The notes below the pieces were generated by a model. That model was not told where the DNA came from. It made no database searches and worked only from the letters and a program-made list of their open reading frames with translations. DNA of 63,467 bases, counting the filler, from Folioceros fuciformis (taxonomy: Eukaryota): assembly GCA_049999805.1 (NCBI GenBank). It is 16 parts of 16 records of this genome, joined end to end, with 100 filler letters (N's around TTAATTAATTAA, not from the genome) between each part and the next. Parts side by side here need not be neighbours in the genome. Positions count along the whole stretch, not along the records: positions 22,678 to 27,777 come from JBNGIO010003733.1; positions 27,878 to 32,827 come from JBNGIO010003734.1; positions 32,928 to 36,411 come from JBNGIO010003735.1; positions 36,512 to 40,284 come from JBNGIO010003736.1; 12 more parts are not named here. One strand, written 5' to 3'. The translations under genes and the position numbers were made by a program. Positions 25,254-39,025 of this stretch are shown here, one piece after another (the first letter of the stretch is position 1; the number at the start of each line of letters is the position of its first letter).

Positions 25254-27777
25254 AAGTATCATTTGTTTAGATTAACTTAAGCTAATTTGTAGGAAGCTTC
25301 TTGCCCAGCTTCCTGCGCGCTTCTTGTGAAGCTTCCTTGGGAGCTCTTCTAGAGGGTATAAATACCCCCTTAAGCTCCCTTGCAATATTGAGAGAGACAG
25401 AGTGTGAGACCTCTCTTTCTCCTCTCCTCCTTGCTTCCTCCTCTCCTCCTTCACCATGTGACTCCTCTAGCGATCCTTCAACTGGTATCAAAGCGTGGTT
25501 GTGGAGCAAGATGGTGATGTCCGTAGGTGCTGCGAACAAGGTGCATAAGGCCGTGAGGAAGGCATCAAAGTGAGTAGGGGCCATGTGCGGCAACCCTCTG
25601 CTCGGGGTGCAGGAGGCTCCAGCCCTGCTATGCTCAAGCCCTGGGGCACCATGCTCCTGTAGCGCGAGGCACCCGGGAGGGTGCCCCCGCACCGCGTAGG
25701 GTGCCTGCCCAATGAGCGGAGCACATGGGCACTAGGCCCCTAGCCGCCGTAGGAGCCATGGGGCACGGGAGCGCGGGCGCGGGCCAGTCGGGATCCCGGC
25801 TGCGAGGCGGCGGGATCTCGATCAGAGAAAGGGATACTCCAATCGTGAGAGACCGAATTCCGGCTGCAGACGGTTGGATTAGTCTCCCAACTCCAGGCGG
25901 GGCAAAATCGAACTTGAGCCCGTCGTGTCGGCCTGAATTGTGGGCAGCTGACTCGGAACAAGGCGTGAGGGTAACTTTCAAAATCTATATTACATTTCGA
26001 TCATTTCTAACTAGCCTTTATTTGATTTGCATCAATTTTGAATGATGACGTCCTGAGAAAACGTTATGTGCAATATCGAGAAGTTAGATGGTACTAACTT
26101 CCGGTTCTAGAAAGAACAAGTTCTAGTACAGAAGAAGCAGATCAAGCCCATCAAGTTGCTAGGTGTGAAACCTGTTAGCATGACTCAGGATGAATGGCAG
26201 GATCTAGATGAGCTTGCTAAATCTACCATCATGCTAACACTGTCAAAGTTGGTCTACTTCAATGTGAAAGACAAGACCACAAGTTACGAGCTATGGCAGA
26301 AGTTGTGTGACCTGTATGAGAAGCAAAGTGCAGCTTCTCAAGTGTACTGGTTGAAACAGCTGGTAGACTTGAAGATGAAGGAAGGGACGAGGACGTCCGA
26401 TCATTAGAATGAGTTCAATACCATTTTCAGCTAGCTCTTATCTTAAGGTATCTTGTTCCCAAATTCCGTTAAGAGCTATGTTTTTGTTGGTCACATTACC
26501 AGAGAGTTGGGACACCTTTCCGACAGCTCTGAGTAATTTCGCTCCTGCCAGCGGTCTCACCATTGTAAATGTAGAAGGTAGCCTGTTAATAGAAGAGGTG
26601 AACAGGAAGAATATGGAACCTTCGAAAGGTTCCAATGCCCTCATGGTGAAAGGAAGGTCCACTTCAAAGGGGAATTGCAAGGAGCGAAGCCTTTCCCATA
26701 GTAAATCTCGTAGTCGTAACAATGTTGAGTGTTACCATTGTTACAAAAAGGGTCACATCAGAAGGGACTGCGAGAAGTTTAAGAAGGACAAAGAAAAGGA
26801 GAAGAAGCAAAGCGACAACGAGGCAAGTCCGAGTACCAAGCCTAACGAGGTGAATTCTGTTGACGATGGAGATGTTCTTATCTCTTCTTCCTTCGATTCT
26901 GCACAATTGACAGCCGTGAAGAGTCACTTATTCTCTAATTGGATAATTGACTCTGGAGCATCTTTCCATGTTACTCCGCATAGGGAGTGGTTTAGCATGT
27001 ATGATGCTACTAGGAAAGGATGTGTTCGGCTTGGAAATAACTACGCATGCAAGATTGTAGGCGTTGGTGATGTGTAGCTGAGGTTTGACAATGCATCTTC
27101 ATTCATAGTGAAGGATGTTAGGTATGTTTTGAAGTTGACAAAAAGCCTGATGCGAAATAGACGAAATCACCACATGGAGTAAGAGGTAAACACAAAAGTA
27201 AACCTCTTGAATTGGTTCACAGTGACGTTTGTGGACCTATGCCCATTGTATTATTAGGCGGTGCATTCTATTTTGTCACTTTCATAGATGATTTCTCACG
27301 CAAGGTGTGGGTTTATCCTTTGAGGAAAAAGGATGATGTTCTGACAATGTTTCAGAAATTCAACAGTATGGCCTCCGACTAAAGTGTCTAAGTACAGACA
27401 ATGGTGGAGAGTACATTTTGAAGGCTTTCCAGTCATTCTGTGATTCCAAGGGAATCAAGAGAGAATTGACTGCCCCGTATACTCCTCCCCAGAATGGTGT
27501 GGCCGAATGGATGAACAGGACCATCCAGGAGAGGATGCGTAGTTTGTTGTCAAACTTTGGATTGCCTAACGGATTTTGGGCAGAAGTAGTGGCTACTGCG
27601 ATGCATCTTATTAGCAGATCTCCTAATAAGACTGTGGATGAGAAGGTTCTAGAGGAGCTGTGGTCTAGAAAGAAGCCGTCTTACAAGCATCTACGAGTAA
27701 CCCGCATGGCAGTATGCCTCGCAGCCAAACGGCTGCGAGGCATACTACCATGTTCCAAAGGAGTTTCGGGACAAGTT
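25254..27777 (+). mobile_element. Family D copia: partial 5' LTR (to 25480), PBS (25483-25494), GC-rich leader, degenerate gag-PR-IN
   Basis: LTR ends in CA, then ac + tggtatcaaagc. gag starts near 26045; CYHCYKKGHIRRDC and WIIDSGASFH are present. About 0.3 kb is deleted near 27150 relative to the 28-32 kb copy. Confidence 0.9.
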
Positions 27778-27877
27778 NNNNNNNNNNNNNNNNNNNNNNN
27801 NNNNNNNNNNNNNNNNNNNNNTTAATTAATTAANNNNNNNNNNNNNNNNNNNNNNNNNNNNNNNNNNNNNNNNNNNN

Positions 27878-30800
27878 AGGCTTCGGTCAGGGCCGCCGCC
27901 GAGCGCGGCGGGTGCCAGCCCGGGGGCACCATCGGACGTGGGCCGCGGAGCGCGTCGAGGCTGCGGATGCCAGAGCGCAGCGAGACTGCGGGCGTCGGAG
28001 TGAGATCAGGCCGCGGGCGCTACGGGTGCCGAAACGAGGGCGTAGTGAGCACCGACGCCAAGAGCGAAAGCACAGGCTCCGAACCGTCCCGGCCATGAGG
28101 CGTCGAGATCTCTGAATTGGACGACAGGATTGCAGTCGTGAGCGAAGCTGAATTGAGGACAGCCAATGCGGAACAAATTGTGAGGGTAACAAACTCTACA
28201 TTACATTTCGACTGTTTTCTAACTAGCCTTTTGCTTGATTTGCATCGATTTTTGAATCATGACGTCCTCAGAAAACGTCATGTTCAATATCGAGAAGTTA
28301 GATGGTACTAACTTCCCGTTCTGGAANNNNNNNNNNNNNNNNNNNNNNNNNNNNNNNNNNNNNNNNNNNNNNNNNNNNNNNNNNNNNNNNNNNNNNNNNN
28401 NNNNNNNNNNNNNNNNNNNNNNNNNNAGTGGCAGGATCTAGATGAGCTTGCTAGGTCTACCATCATGCTAACATTGTTGAAGTCGGTCTACTTCAACGTG
28501 AAAGACAAGACCACAAGTTACGAGCTATGGTAGAAGTTGTATGACATATATGAGAAGCAATGTGCAGCTTCTCAGGTGTACTGGTTGAAATAGCTGGTGG
28601 ACTTGAAGATGAAGGAAGGGACAAGGATGTCCGATCATCTGAATGAGTTCAAGACCATTTTCAGCCAGCTCTCATCTCAATGTATCTTGTTCCTAGATTC
28701 CATGAGAGCTATGTTTCTGTTGGTCACATTACTAGAGAGCTGGGACACCTTTCGTACAACTTTGAGTAATTCCGCTCCTGCTAGTGGTCTTACCGTTGTA
28801 AATGTAGAAGGTAGCCTGTTAACAGAGGAGGTGAACAGGAAGAATATGGAACCTTCGAAAGGTTCCAATGCCCTCATGGTGAGAGGAAGGTCCACTTCAA
28901 AGGGGAAGTACAAGGAGCGAAGTCTTTCCCGTAGTAAATCTCGTAGTCGTAACAATGTTGAGTGTTACCATTGTCACAAGAAGGGTCACATCAGAAGGGA
29001 CTGCGAGAAGTTCAAGAAGGATAAAGGAAAGGAGAAGAAGCAGAGCGACAACAAGGCCAGTCTGAGTGTCAAGCGTGACGAGGTGAACTCTGTTGATGAT
29101 GGAGATGTTCTTACCTCTTCTTTCTTCGATCATGCACAACTGACAGCTGTGGAGAGTCACTTATTCTCTAATTGGATAATTGACTCTGGAGCATCTTTCC
29201 ATGTTGCTCTACATAGGGAGTGGTTTAGCACTTATGATGCTACTAGGAAAGGATGTGTTCGGCTTGGAAATAACTACGCATGTGAGATTGCAAGCGTTGC
29301 TGATGTGCAGCTGAAGTTCGACAATGGATCTTCATTCGTACTGAAGGATGTTACGCATGTTTCGAAGTTGACCAAAAGCATGATAAGCGCAGGGCAGTTG
29401 AATGACGCTGGCTACCAATGTTGGTTTGGAGATCGTTCTTGGAAGATCTCCAAAGGTTCTCTTGTGTTAGCTTGTGGATCGAAGTGTGGCACTTTGTACT
29501 CACTTTAGGTAACCACTGTGAAGGATCATGTGATTTGTGTAACGGAATAGCCAAGTGTTTCCTTATGGCATTTACATTTAGAACATATGTCTCAAAAAGG
29601 AATGAAGATACTATCTCGTTTTGGTTATGTCCCTGCTTTTGACTTTTCCGATTTCTCCGTGTGTGAGCACTGTTTGTATGGGAAACAGACGAAGTCACCA
29701 CATGGAGCAAGAGGTAAACACAAAAGTAAACTTCTTGAGTTGGTTCACAGTGACGTTTGTGGACCTATGCCCAGTGTATCGTTAGGCGGTGCATCTTATT
29801 TTGTCACTTTCATAGATGATTTCTCACGCAAGGTGTGGGTTTATCCTTTGAGGAAAAAGGATGATGCTCTGAGAGTGTTTCAGAAATTCGTCACCCATGT
29901 GGAGAATTAGTCTGGCCTCCGACTGAAGTGTCTAAGGATAGACAATGGGGGAGAGTATGTTTCGAAGGCTTTCAAGTCATTTTGTGATTCCAAGGGAATC
30001 AAGAGAGAATTGACTGTGCTGTATACTCCTCCCCAGAATGGTGTGGCTGAACGGATGAACAGGACCATCGAGAAGAGGATGTGTAGTTTGTTGTCAAACT
30101 CTGGATTGCCCAACGGATTTTGGGCCGAAGCAGTGTCTACGGCGGTGCATCTTATTAACAGATCTCTTAATAGGGCTGTGGATGAACAGGTTCCAGAGGA
30201 GACGTGGTCTGGAAAGAAACCGTCATACAAGCATCTACGAGTGTTTGGCTGCGAGGCATACTACCATGTTTCGAAGGAGTTTCGGGACAAGGTTGCTCCT
30301 AAGTCAAGAAAATGTATTTTTCTTGGCTATGGTGAATCTGGTGAGATCGGATACCGGCTGTGGGATCCAGAGGTCAAGAGGATGGTTCATAGCAATGACG
30401 TGTTCTTCAATGAGACCAAGATGCACAAGAAGCCTACTCCAGTTGTGGAGGTGCGATGGGTGGTCTTCCAAGAAGATGGACTTGACCGTCCCGCGCAGGT
30501 TGAACGTCGTGATGTGTAGGAACAAGTTCCTCCACTTGTAGAAGAGGAGAGAGTGCAACCAGCTTCGGTCGAGGCGCCAGTGCTTCGTAGGTCAGGAAGG
30601 ATCTCACGTCCTCATGACAGGTATGTTGCATCTCTTGATTATGTCATGCTGATGGATTGTGGGGAGCCCTCTTGTTATCAAGAGATCATGTCTATGACTA
30701 ACAAGGACAAGTGGGAGAAGGCGATGCAGTCGCAGATCGATTTGCTCCATAAGAGCCAAACTTGGGAGTTGGTTTGGTTGCCTAGGGGCAAGAAGGCGTT

Positions 30801-31974
30801 GCCATGCAAATGGGTGTATAAGATGAAGGGCATACCCCATTATGGCAAACCCAAGTACAAGGCCCGATTGGTTGTTAAGGGTTTTAAGCAACAGCAAGGT
30901 ATTGACTTTGATGAGATTTTCTCACCAGTTATCAAAATGACCACCTTGCGATGTGTTCTTGGTCTGGTTGCGAGACACGACATGGAACTTGTCCAGATGG
31001 ATGTGAAGTCGGCATTTCTGCATGGTGATCTCCAGGAAGAGGTATACATGCAGCAACCAGAGGGTTTTATTGAGAAAGGCAAAGAGAATTTGGTGTGCAT
31101 GTTAAAGAAGAGCCTTTATGGTTTGAAGCAGGCACGCAGGGAGTGGTATTACAAGTTCCACTCATTTATGCTTTCTCAAGGCTACAAGCGTAGCGATGAG
31201 GATCATTGCCTGTATACAAAGCAAGCTAAGGATGGAAGCTTGCTCATTCTGGTCCTCTATGTGGATAATATGCTAATAGCTGGGACTAGCAGTGATGAGA
31301 TTTTAGCGTTGAAGTCAAAGTTAAATGCTCGCTTTGACATGACAAACTTGGGAAAAGCAAGCCATATTCTTGACATGCGTATTCGTCGAGACAGATAGAA
31401 GCATTTGCTTTACTTGTCTCAAACTGAATACATTAACAGGGTGCTTCAATGTTTCAACATGGAGAAGGGGAAGGTATTGGGTACTCTGTTGCCTCCATAT
31501 GTGAAACTTTCTAGCAAGGATTGCCCAAGCTCTGCGGAGGACAAAGCTGAAATGGAGAAGGTTCCATACTCATCAGCTGTAGGGAGTTTGATGTATGCAA
31601 TGATTGCTACACGTCCTGACATTGCTTTTTTTGCAGTGGGAGTGGTTAGCAGGTTTATGTCAAACCCTGGCAGGAAGCATTGGGAGGCAATGAAAGGAGT
31701 TATGAGGTACTTGAATGGTACGAAAGCTTTGTGCTTATGTTTTGGTAGTGAAGATGCATCTGTAGTGGGATATATGGATGCTGATTATGCAGGGGATATA
31801 GACAAAAGGAGGTCCACATCATGTTATGTCTTCAAGTGCACTGGAGGGGCAGTCTCATAGTGATCTTGTTTGCAATCGTGCATAACGTTATCTACCACGG
31901 AGGTCGAGTACGTTGCAGAGTCTGAGGTGTGCAAGGAAGCCATGTGGCTTGCTCGTTTAGTGGGAGATTTGGGG
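27878..31974 (+). mobile_element. Family D copia: leader plus nearly complete degenerate gag-pol
   Basis: MTSSENVMFNIEKLDGTNF (28259), CCHC knuckle, DSGAS protease, LELVHSDVCGPM integrase, RT (QMDVKSAFLHG, YVDN) and RNaseH start. Many premature stops. Confidence 0.93.
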
Positions 31975-32214
31975 TATTAAGAAATAATTATTTTTGGTTC
32001 ATTAAACAGCCTTTACTAGCTTTAAACCTAGTTCGTAGATTGGTTAATTATTTATTATATTTATTAGGGTTATGAAACGGTTATGCATCTCTTGCTCATA
32101 TGCACACACACTGATACGAAACATAATTCCTTAATCGATGTTTTCTTCTTGCTCTTCCCGTCGCACTCAGCGATGCACATCTGGTCTCGCTGATTTCGTT
32201 TATGGTATCAGAGC
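31975..32214 (+). mobile_element. Family F LTR (about 228 bp) plus PBS tggtatcagagc (32203-32214), inserted in family D RNaseH
   Basis: Family D homology stops at gatttgggg (31974). An AT-rich LTR-sized segment follows and ends at a perfect iMet PBS. Confidence 0.65.
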
Positions 32215-32927
32215 TCTATTTCTAATGTCTGGAAGCATCTAGTGAAATATATAACTGGGCACAAGATCCAGTGCTCATCATCCTGATGGCCACTGCATCC
32301 CGTGCCCACAATATGCCACACTACCTGAAGACAAACATTATATCAATGGCTTCCTGGAAGAATCAATGGCTATTCTCTTCTACCCTAATAGAAGAGGCCT
32401 ACCCTACTTGCAGCAGCGACCACAACCTGGTCTGACGCCAGACACCTCTTCTCCTGCTGCATCAAGCCGAAAGGGGCGAAGTCAAGGACTTTGGAAATGA
32501 CAAGAAGTCATAAATCGCAAATCTGCAGATGCAATTTACCTTAGGCACCAATTTGTCGTTCAAAATGCTGTAGTCTCCATGTAGGGTGTGTCAGCACTCG
32601 TTTTTCCTGCACCTCCCGTCATTCTGAACCACCTATTTCATGCTCTCCGCACTTTTGTAAACAGCACGACTGCCAACCTCGCTTCACTAAGCATAAACAG
32701 GATTTGCCGCCTATTTACATTCAGCGATTGGAATCCACTCTCCACAAACTCAGGGTCTTAGAGAAAGATGTCCATAAACATCTCTGCAAATCCAAATCAG
32801 AGAACATCTCATTTAGGCAGCAATTAGNNNNNNNNNNNNNNNNNNNNNNNNNNNNNNNNNNNNNNNNNNNNTTAATTAATTAANNNNNNNNNNNNNNNNN
32901 NNNNNNNNNNNNNNNNNNNNNNNNNNN

Positions 32928-35519
32928 TTTCCAGTCATTCTGTGATTCCAAGGGAATCAAGAGAGAATTGACTGTGCCATATACTCCTCCCCAAAATGGT
33001 GTGGTTGAACGGATGAACAAGACCATCCAGGAGAGGATGCGTAGTTTGTTGTCAAACTCTGGATTGCCTACCGGATTTTGGGCAGAAGCAGTGGTTATTG
33101 CAGTGCATCTTATTAATAGATTTCCTAATAGAGTTGTGGATGAATAGGTTCCAGAGGAGAAGTGGTATGGAAAGAAGCCGTCATACAAGCATCTACAAGT
33201 GTTTGGCTGCGAGGCATACTACCANNNNNNNNNNNNNNNNNNNNNNNNNNNNNNNNNNNNNNNNNNNNNNNNNNNNNNNNNNNNNNNNNNNNNNNNNNNN
33301 NNNNNNNNNNNNNNNNNNNNNNNNATACTACCATGTCCCAAAGGAGTTTCGGGACAAGTTGGCTCCCAAGTCAAGAAAATGTATTTTTCTTGGCTATGGT
33401 GAATCTGGTGAGATGGGATACCGTCTATGGGATCCAGAGGCCAAGAGGGTGGTTGGCAGCAATGACGTGTTCTTCAATGAGATCAAGATGCACAAGAAGC
33501 CTACTCCAACTGTGGAGGTGCGACGGGTGGTCTTCCAAGAAGATAGATTTGACTGTCCCACGCATGTTGAACGTCGTGTTGTGCAAGAACAAGTCCCTCC
33601 ACTTGTAGAAGAGGAGAGAGTGCAACCAGCTCCGATCGAGGCGCCAGTGCTTTGTAGGTCAAGAAGGATCTCACGTCCTCCTGACAGGTATGTTGCATCT
33701 CTTGATTATGTCGTGCAGACGGATTGTGGGGAGCCCTCTTGTTATCAAGCAGCCATGTCAGTGATTGACAAGGACAAGTGGGAGAAGGTGATGCAGTCGC
33801 AGATGGATTCGCTCCACAAGAACCAAACTTGGGAGTTGGTTTGGTTGCCTAGGGACAAGAAGGCATTGCCATGCAAATCGGTGTATAAGATGAAGGACAT
33901 ACCCCATTATGGCAATCCCAAGTACAAGGCACGATTGGTTGCTAAGGGTTTTAAGCAACGGCAAGGTATTGACTTTGATGAGATTTTCTCACCAGTTGTC
34001 AAAATGACCACCTTGTGATGTATTCTTGGTCTGGTTGCGAGGCACGACATGGAACTTGTCCAGATGGATGTGAAGTCGGCATTTCTGCATGGTGATCTCC
34101 AGGAAGAGGTATACATGCAGCAACCAGAGGGTTTCATTGAGAAAGGTAAAGAGAATCAGGTGTGCAGGTTAAAGAAGAGCCTTTATGGTTTGAAGTAGGC
34201 ACTTAGGGAGTGGTATTTCAAGTTCCACTCATTTATGCTTTCTCAAGGCTACAAGCGTAGCGATGAGGATCATTGCCTCTATACAAAGTAAGCTAAGGAT
34301 AGAAGCTTGCTCATTCTGGTCCTCTATGTGGATGATATGCTAATTGCTAGGACTAATAGTGATGAGATTTCAGCGTTGAAGTCAAAGTTGAATGGTTGCT
34401 TTGACATTATAGACTTGGGAGAGGCAAGCCATGTTCTTGGCATGCATATTCGTCCAAGACAGACAGAAGCGTTTTCTTTACTTGTCTCAGACTGAATACA
34501 TTAACAAGATGCCTCAACGTTTCAACATGGAGAAGGGGAAGGTATTGAGTACTCTGTTGCCTCCATATTTGAAACTTTCGAGCAAGGATTGCTCAAGTTC
34601 TACGGTGGACAAAACTGAAATGGAGAAGGTTCCATACTCATCAGCTATAGGGAGTTTGATGTATGCAATGATTGCTACATGTCTTAACATTGCCTTTGCA
34701 GTGGGAGTGGTTAGCAAGTTTATGTCAAACCCTAGCAAGAAGCATTGAGAGGCAGTGAAAGGAGTTATGAGGTACTTAAATGGTACGAAAGCTTTGTGCT
34801 TATGTTTTGGTAGTGAAGATGCATCTGTCGTGGGATATACAGATGCTGATTATGCAGGGGATATGGACAAAAGGAGGTCCACATCAGGTTAGATCTTCAT
34901 GTGTACTGGAGGGGCAATCTCATGACGATCTCGTTTGCAATCATGCATAACGCTATCTACCACAGAAGCCGAGTATGTTGTAGCGACTGAGGCTTGTAAG
35001 GAAGCCATGTGGCTTGCTTGTTCAGTGGGAGATTTGGGGATCAAGGTTGAGTTGCCAGTGTTGCATTGCAATAACCAGAGTGCTATCCAATTGGCGAAGA
35101 ATCTGGTGTTTCATGCGAAGACCAAACATGTGGAAGTGAAGTATCACTTCATTCGAGAGGTGTTGGAAGACAAGAGAGTACAGCTTGTAAAAGTTCACAC
35201 CAGTCAGAACCCTACAGATGTTCTTACCAAGGGGCTCTCTTCAGAGCAATTCGCACAAGCTCGGACACTCATGGGCATGAGGTAGAGCACTCTTCTATAA
35301 AGGTAAATTGGCCTTTAAATGAGAGGTTGTAGGGTTATTAAAGCCCAATGTGCTTAGACTAATGTGTTTAGTCTAAGCACATTGGTGCACTTCAGTCTAA
35401 GCACATAGTCTAAGATTAGTGTCTAGTTAAGTATCATTAGCTTATATTAGCTTAAGTTAATCTATAGGAAGCTTCTTGCGCAACTTCCTGTGCGCTTCTT
35501 GTGAAGCTTCCTAAGGAGG
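32928..35519 (+). mobile_element. Family D copia: IN-RT-RNaseH (to 35285), PPT, partial 3' LTR (35328-35519)
   Basis: YVDD, STTEAEY, KTKHVEVKYHFIRE. aaatgagagg precedes TGTAGGGTTATTAAAGCCC. Confidence 0.93.
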
Positions 35520-36411
35520 TGTGGAGTGATTTCTTGCACACCCAAGAACCACCAAGGGGCCACACTTCCCCTGATTATCGTTGCAGTCTTATGATTCGCT
35601 CCCAAGGGAGTGAACTAATGTCAAGGTTACCTACATCTCCCTAATCTCACCCTATCTATCGGCATATACCAAGTGCTACAGCAATAGGTTAGAATTCTTG
35701 GTCCTGTCTTCGGCTCCTACCACAACACCAACCCCAACCTCAACAAAATGAGAACTCCAGCATTGTCTTTAGCGCTTGTTTCCAAGTCCAAGTATCAATC
35801 ACTTCAGTGCTGAGAGAAGGCTCCAGCCCCAAGTCTAGCCTCCAACTCTCAGCACCTAGTGCTAGCTATCTCCACAGTTGAACGAGAATCTCAACTTCAG
35901 CTAGCTCCTCACTCCAGCTTCAACACTTCATTCCACCACTTCAGCACTTCACTCCAGCATTTCAATCCTTCACTTCAGCACTTCAGTCCTTCACTTCAGC
36001 ACTTCACTTCACCCTCCAGTCCCTCACTTCAGCTTCAAGCCCCTCACTTCAGCTCAACTCCTCACTTCAACACTTCCACTTCCAAAATCTGCTACTCAAC
36101 CCTTCTCTCTTGCAATTTGGAACACAACAGCCTTCCCTCTTGCAACCTTACCTTCAAAGGCAGAGGTGAGGCCTAGGGCTGGGTAGCCTCCTTGGATCAC
36201 GGCCCTGCAACCTCACCTCAACCAGCATGCAAGGTGGTCAGCCTCTGCGGATCCGGCCACATGAATCTTGGCAGTCTTCGGATCCTCCACGTTCCCCTAG
36301 TGGCAAGGGAAATCAAGACCTTGTATTAGCCTCAACCAACTCAACGCCCTAAGCTAGGAGTTCTGCACCCAAGGTCCAAGGAAATCACACCGTAGACAGC
36401 CCCCTCCTCAA
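35520..36411 (+). mobile_element. Family C LTR-like repeat starting TGTGGAGTG, inserted in the family D LTR
   Basis: Family D LTR homology breaks near 35519. The interior matches 3850-4266 (-) and 58969-59610. Confidence 0.75.
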
Positions 36412-36511
36412 NNNNNNNNNNNNNNNNNNNNNNNNNNNNNNNNNNNNNNNNNNNNTTAATTAATTAANNNNNNNNNNNNNNNNNNNNNNNNNNNNNNNNN
36501 NNNNNNNNNNN

Positions 36512-37944
36512 GATACCTTGAGATGAGAGCTGGCTGAAAATGGTATTGAACTCGTTCAGATGATCAGACATCCTCGTCCCTTCCTCCATCTTCAAGTCCA
36601 CCAGCTGTTTCAACCAGTACACCTAAGAAGCTGCACTTTGCTTCTCATACAGGTCACACAACTTCTGTCATAGCTCGTAACTTGTGGTCTTGTCTTTCAC
36701 GTTGAAGTAGACCGACTTTGACAATGTTAGCATGATGGTAGACCTAGCAAACTCATCTAGGTGCTGCCACTCATCCTGAGACATGCTAACGGGTTTCACT
36801 CCTAGCAACTTTATCAGCTTGATCTGCTTCTTCTGCACTAGAACATTATACACTTGTTCTTTCCAGAACGGGAAGTTANNNNNNNNNNNNNNNNNNNNNN
36901 NNNNNNNNNNNNNNNNNNNNNNNNNNNNNNNNNNNNNNNNNNNNNNNNNNNNNNNNNNNNNNNNNNNNNNNNNNNNNNACCCACACCCTCACTTTCGGCA
37001 TCTACGCTCTCGGCGATCGCAGTTCGTTCGCTTTCCGGCGCCCGTCTATTGCGCTCGGCGCCTGGCCAGATCCTTGCCTCGCTAGCGCCCCACTGGCAAA
37101 CAGATGTCGTCCAGGTGTCGCCAACTGGTGCCCAAGTGGCGCCTTGCCGCCGTCCAGGTGTTGCCCTGATGGCACCCCAGTGGCGCCTCGCTGGCGGCCG
37201 GGTGGCGCCTCGTTGGCGCCCCACTAGCGCCTCGTTGGCACCTGGATGGTGCCCCGCTAGCGCCCCACTAGCGCCTTGTTGGCGCCTAGGTGGCACCCCG
37301 TTGGCGCCTTGTTGGCACCCGAGTGGCTCCTCGTTGGCGCCCCGCTCGCGCCCTAGCCCTAGCCGGCGGCTGCGCCCTAGCCGACGGTGGCACCCTAATC
37401 GGTGCCCTAGCCGTTAGCTGCGCCCTAATCGGCGCCCTAGCCGTTAGTTGCGCCCTAATCGGCGCCCTAGCCGGCAGTTGCGCCCTAGCCGCCTCCCTAG
37501 CCGGCGGCTGCGCCCTAGGTGGTGCCCTAGCCCGGCGGCTGCGCCCTAGCCTGGCGGCTGGCACCCTTGCTGCTCCTAGATGTCCGGACATCTTCTTGCC
37601 TTGTGCCTTCGTTCGTAGCACCTACAATAGACACAACCATCTTGCTCCACACCCTAGCTCTCATACCACTTGCAGGACCGCCAAAGGAGCATGGTGAAGG
37701 AGAGGAGAGGAGGAGAAAGAAAGGTCACACTCTCACACAGAGTCTCAAATAGCAAGGGAGCTCAAGGGGTATTTATACCCTCTAGAAGAGCTCCTTAGGA
37801 AGTTTCACAAGAAGCGCACAAGAAGCTGCGTAAGAAGCTTCCTACATATTAGCTTAAGCTAATCTAAACTAATGATACTTAACTAGATACTAATCTTGGA
37901 CTAAACACATTAGTCTAAGCACATTGGGCTTTAATAACCCTACA
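36512..37944 (-). mobile_element. Family D copia 5' end: LTR 37671-37944 (TG..CA), PBS 37657-37668, GC-rich leader with 30-bp tandem repeats, gag start
   Basis: Full LTR matches 55382-55673. PBS reads tggtatgagagc; gag reads YNVLVQKKQIK. Confidence 0.92.
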
Positions 37945-38846
37945 CTAACGTATATGTTCGACATGGACACATAGGTTGCTGCATCTTTCTATTCTAGGAT
38001 CAACCCACTCAACCCACACCTGGACTTGAAAACTTTATTTTCAAGCGCACCTACTCTGCAAGAGTGCGGCGGTAGACTGCACACTTGGACTGTAGGAGTA
38101 TCTTGCTACTCTCTTTTTTATATCGAGCTTTCTATTTCCTTGTGTTATTGATGTAACGAACACTTGTATGGTTTACTATGAAAACTTGGAGTCACTTCAA
38201 ATGTGTCGTAGGCAGACGATATGAAAGACCCGAGATTGAAGGATGTGGACGTAGTCATTGATTCAGAGGCAAACCCTGAAGAACTTATGTTTGTGTGGGA
38301 GGGCACTATGGAATGAGTGAATGTGTATAGTGGTTTTTAGAAATTATGTCTATCTATGGCTAAATATCAAACACGTTAAGTATATTTCAAAAAATCATTG
38401 AGTCAATAAATCACCATAGGTTTTACCATTATTGTTGAGTGAGTGCGTCAGTCTAATCGGCGCATCTTCAAAGGAAAACAAGAAATTCATTACTTGAATA
38501 GGCAGATGGCAACAGCCACATTAAAGTTCTTACTACTTAATTCAAAAAAAAAGGACAAGTTTAAAAATAGATATGTCAAGCGGGCCTAGTTTTTTGAGAA
38601 ACATGATTATAAATGGATAACTGATTGAGATACCATTGTTTCCGAAATGTACCAAATGTGCTTTGTGGAATATGATTGTTTAGCGCAGACCTTGTTCACA
38701 TTGAACCTTGTGACAGGGTTAAGGCGTTGTTCACCATGCAACATCCCGAGTTGCATTCGCTGCCCATCATGGGCTTGTTCTTCAGATGGTCGTGTGACTT
38801 GCTTGGTGAATTGTCGCGAACTCCTTGAGGTAACGTCTACATACTA

Positions 38847-39025
38847 GTGATGATGGAGCACTTCTCCAAATGGGTAGAGGCAGTGTCACTATCGGACAAG
38901 ACATCCAAGAGCACCTCGCAAGCGTTTTTGCATAATGTGTTGAGCAGATTTGGAAGCTTAGCCGAGTGCTTGACAGACCAGAGCTCCGAGTTCCGTGGCG
39001 AATGCCAAGACCTACTCGATGCAGT
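38847..39025 (+). pseudogene. Ty3/gypsy integrase core fragment
   Basis: EHFSKWVEAV.L..K.S......L.NVLSRFG....LTDQ.SEF, the gypsy rve pattern. It is cut by a family B terminus. Confidence 0.8.

Noticed and set aside
36838-37697. Pro/Arg/Ala-rich ORFs with repeats
   Set aside because: GC-rich leader of the family D copia with 30-bp tandem repeats. The GC-rich ORFs at 20068-20460, 24143-25217 and 59866-61207 likewise fall in repeat interiors.
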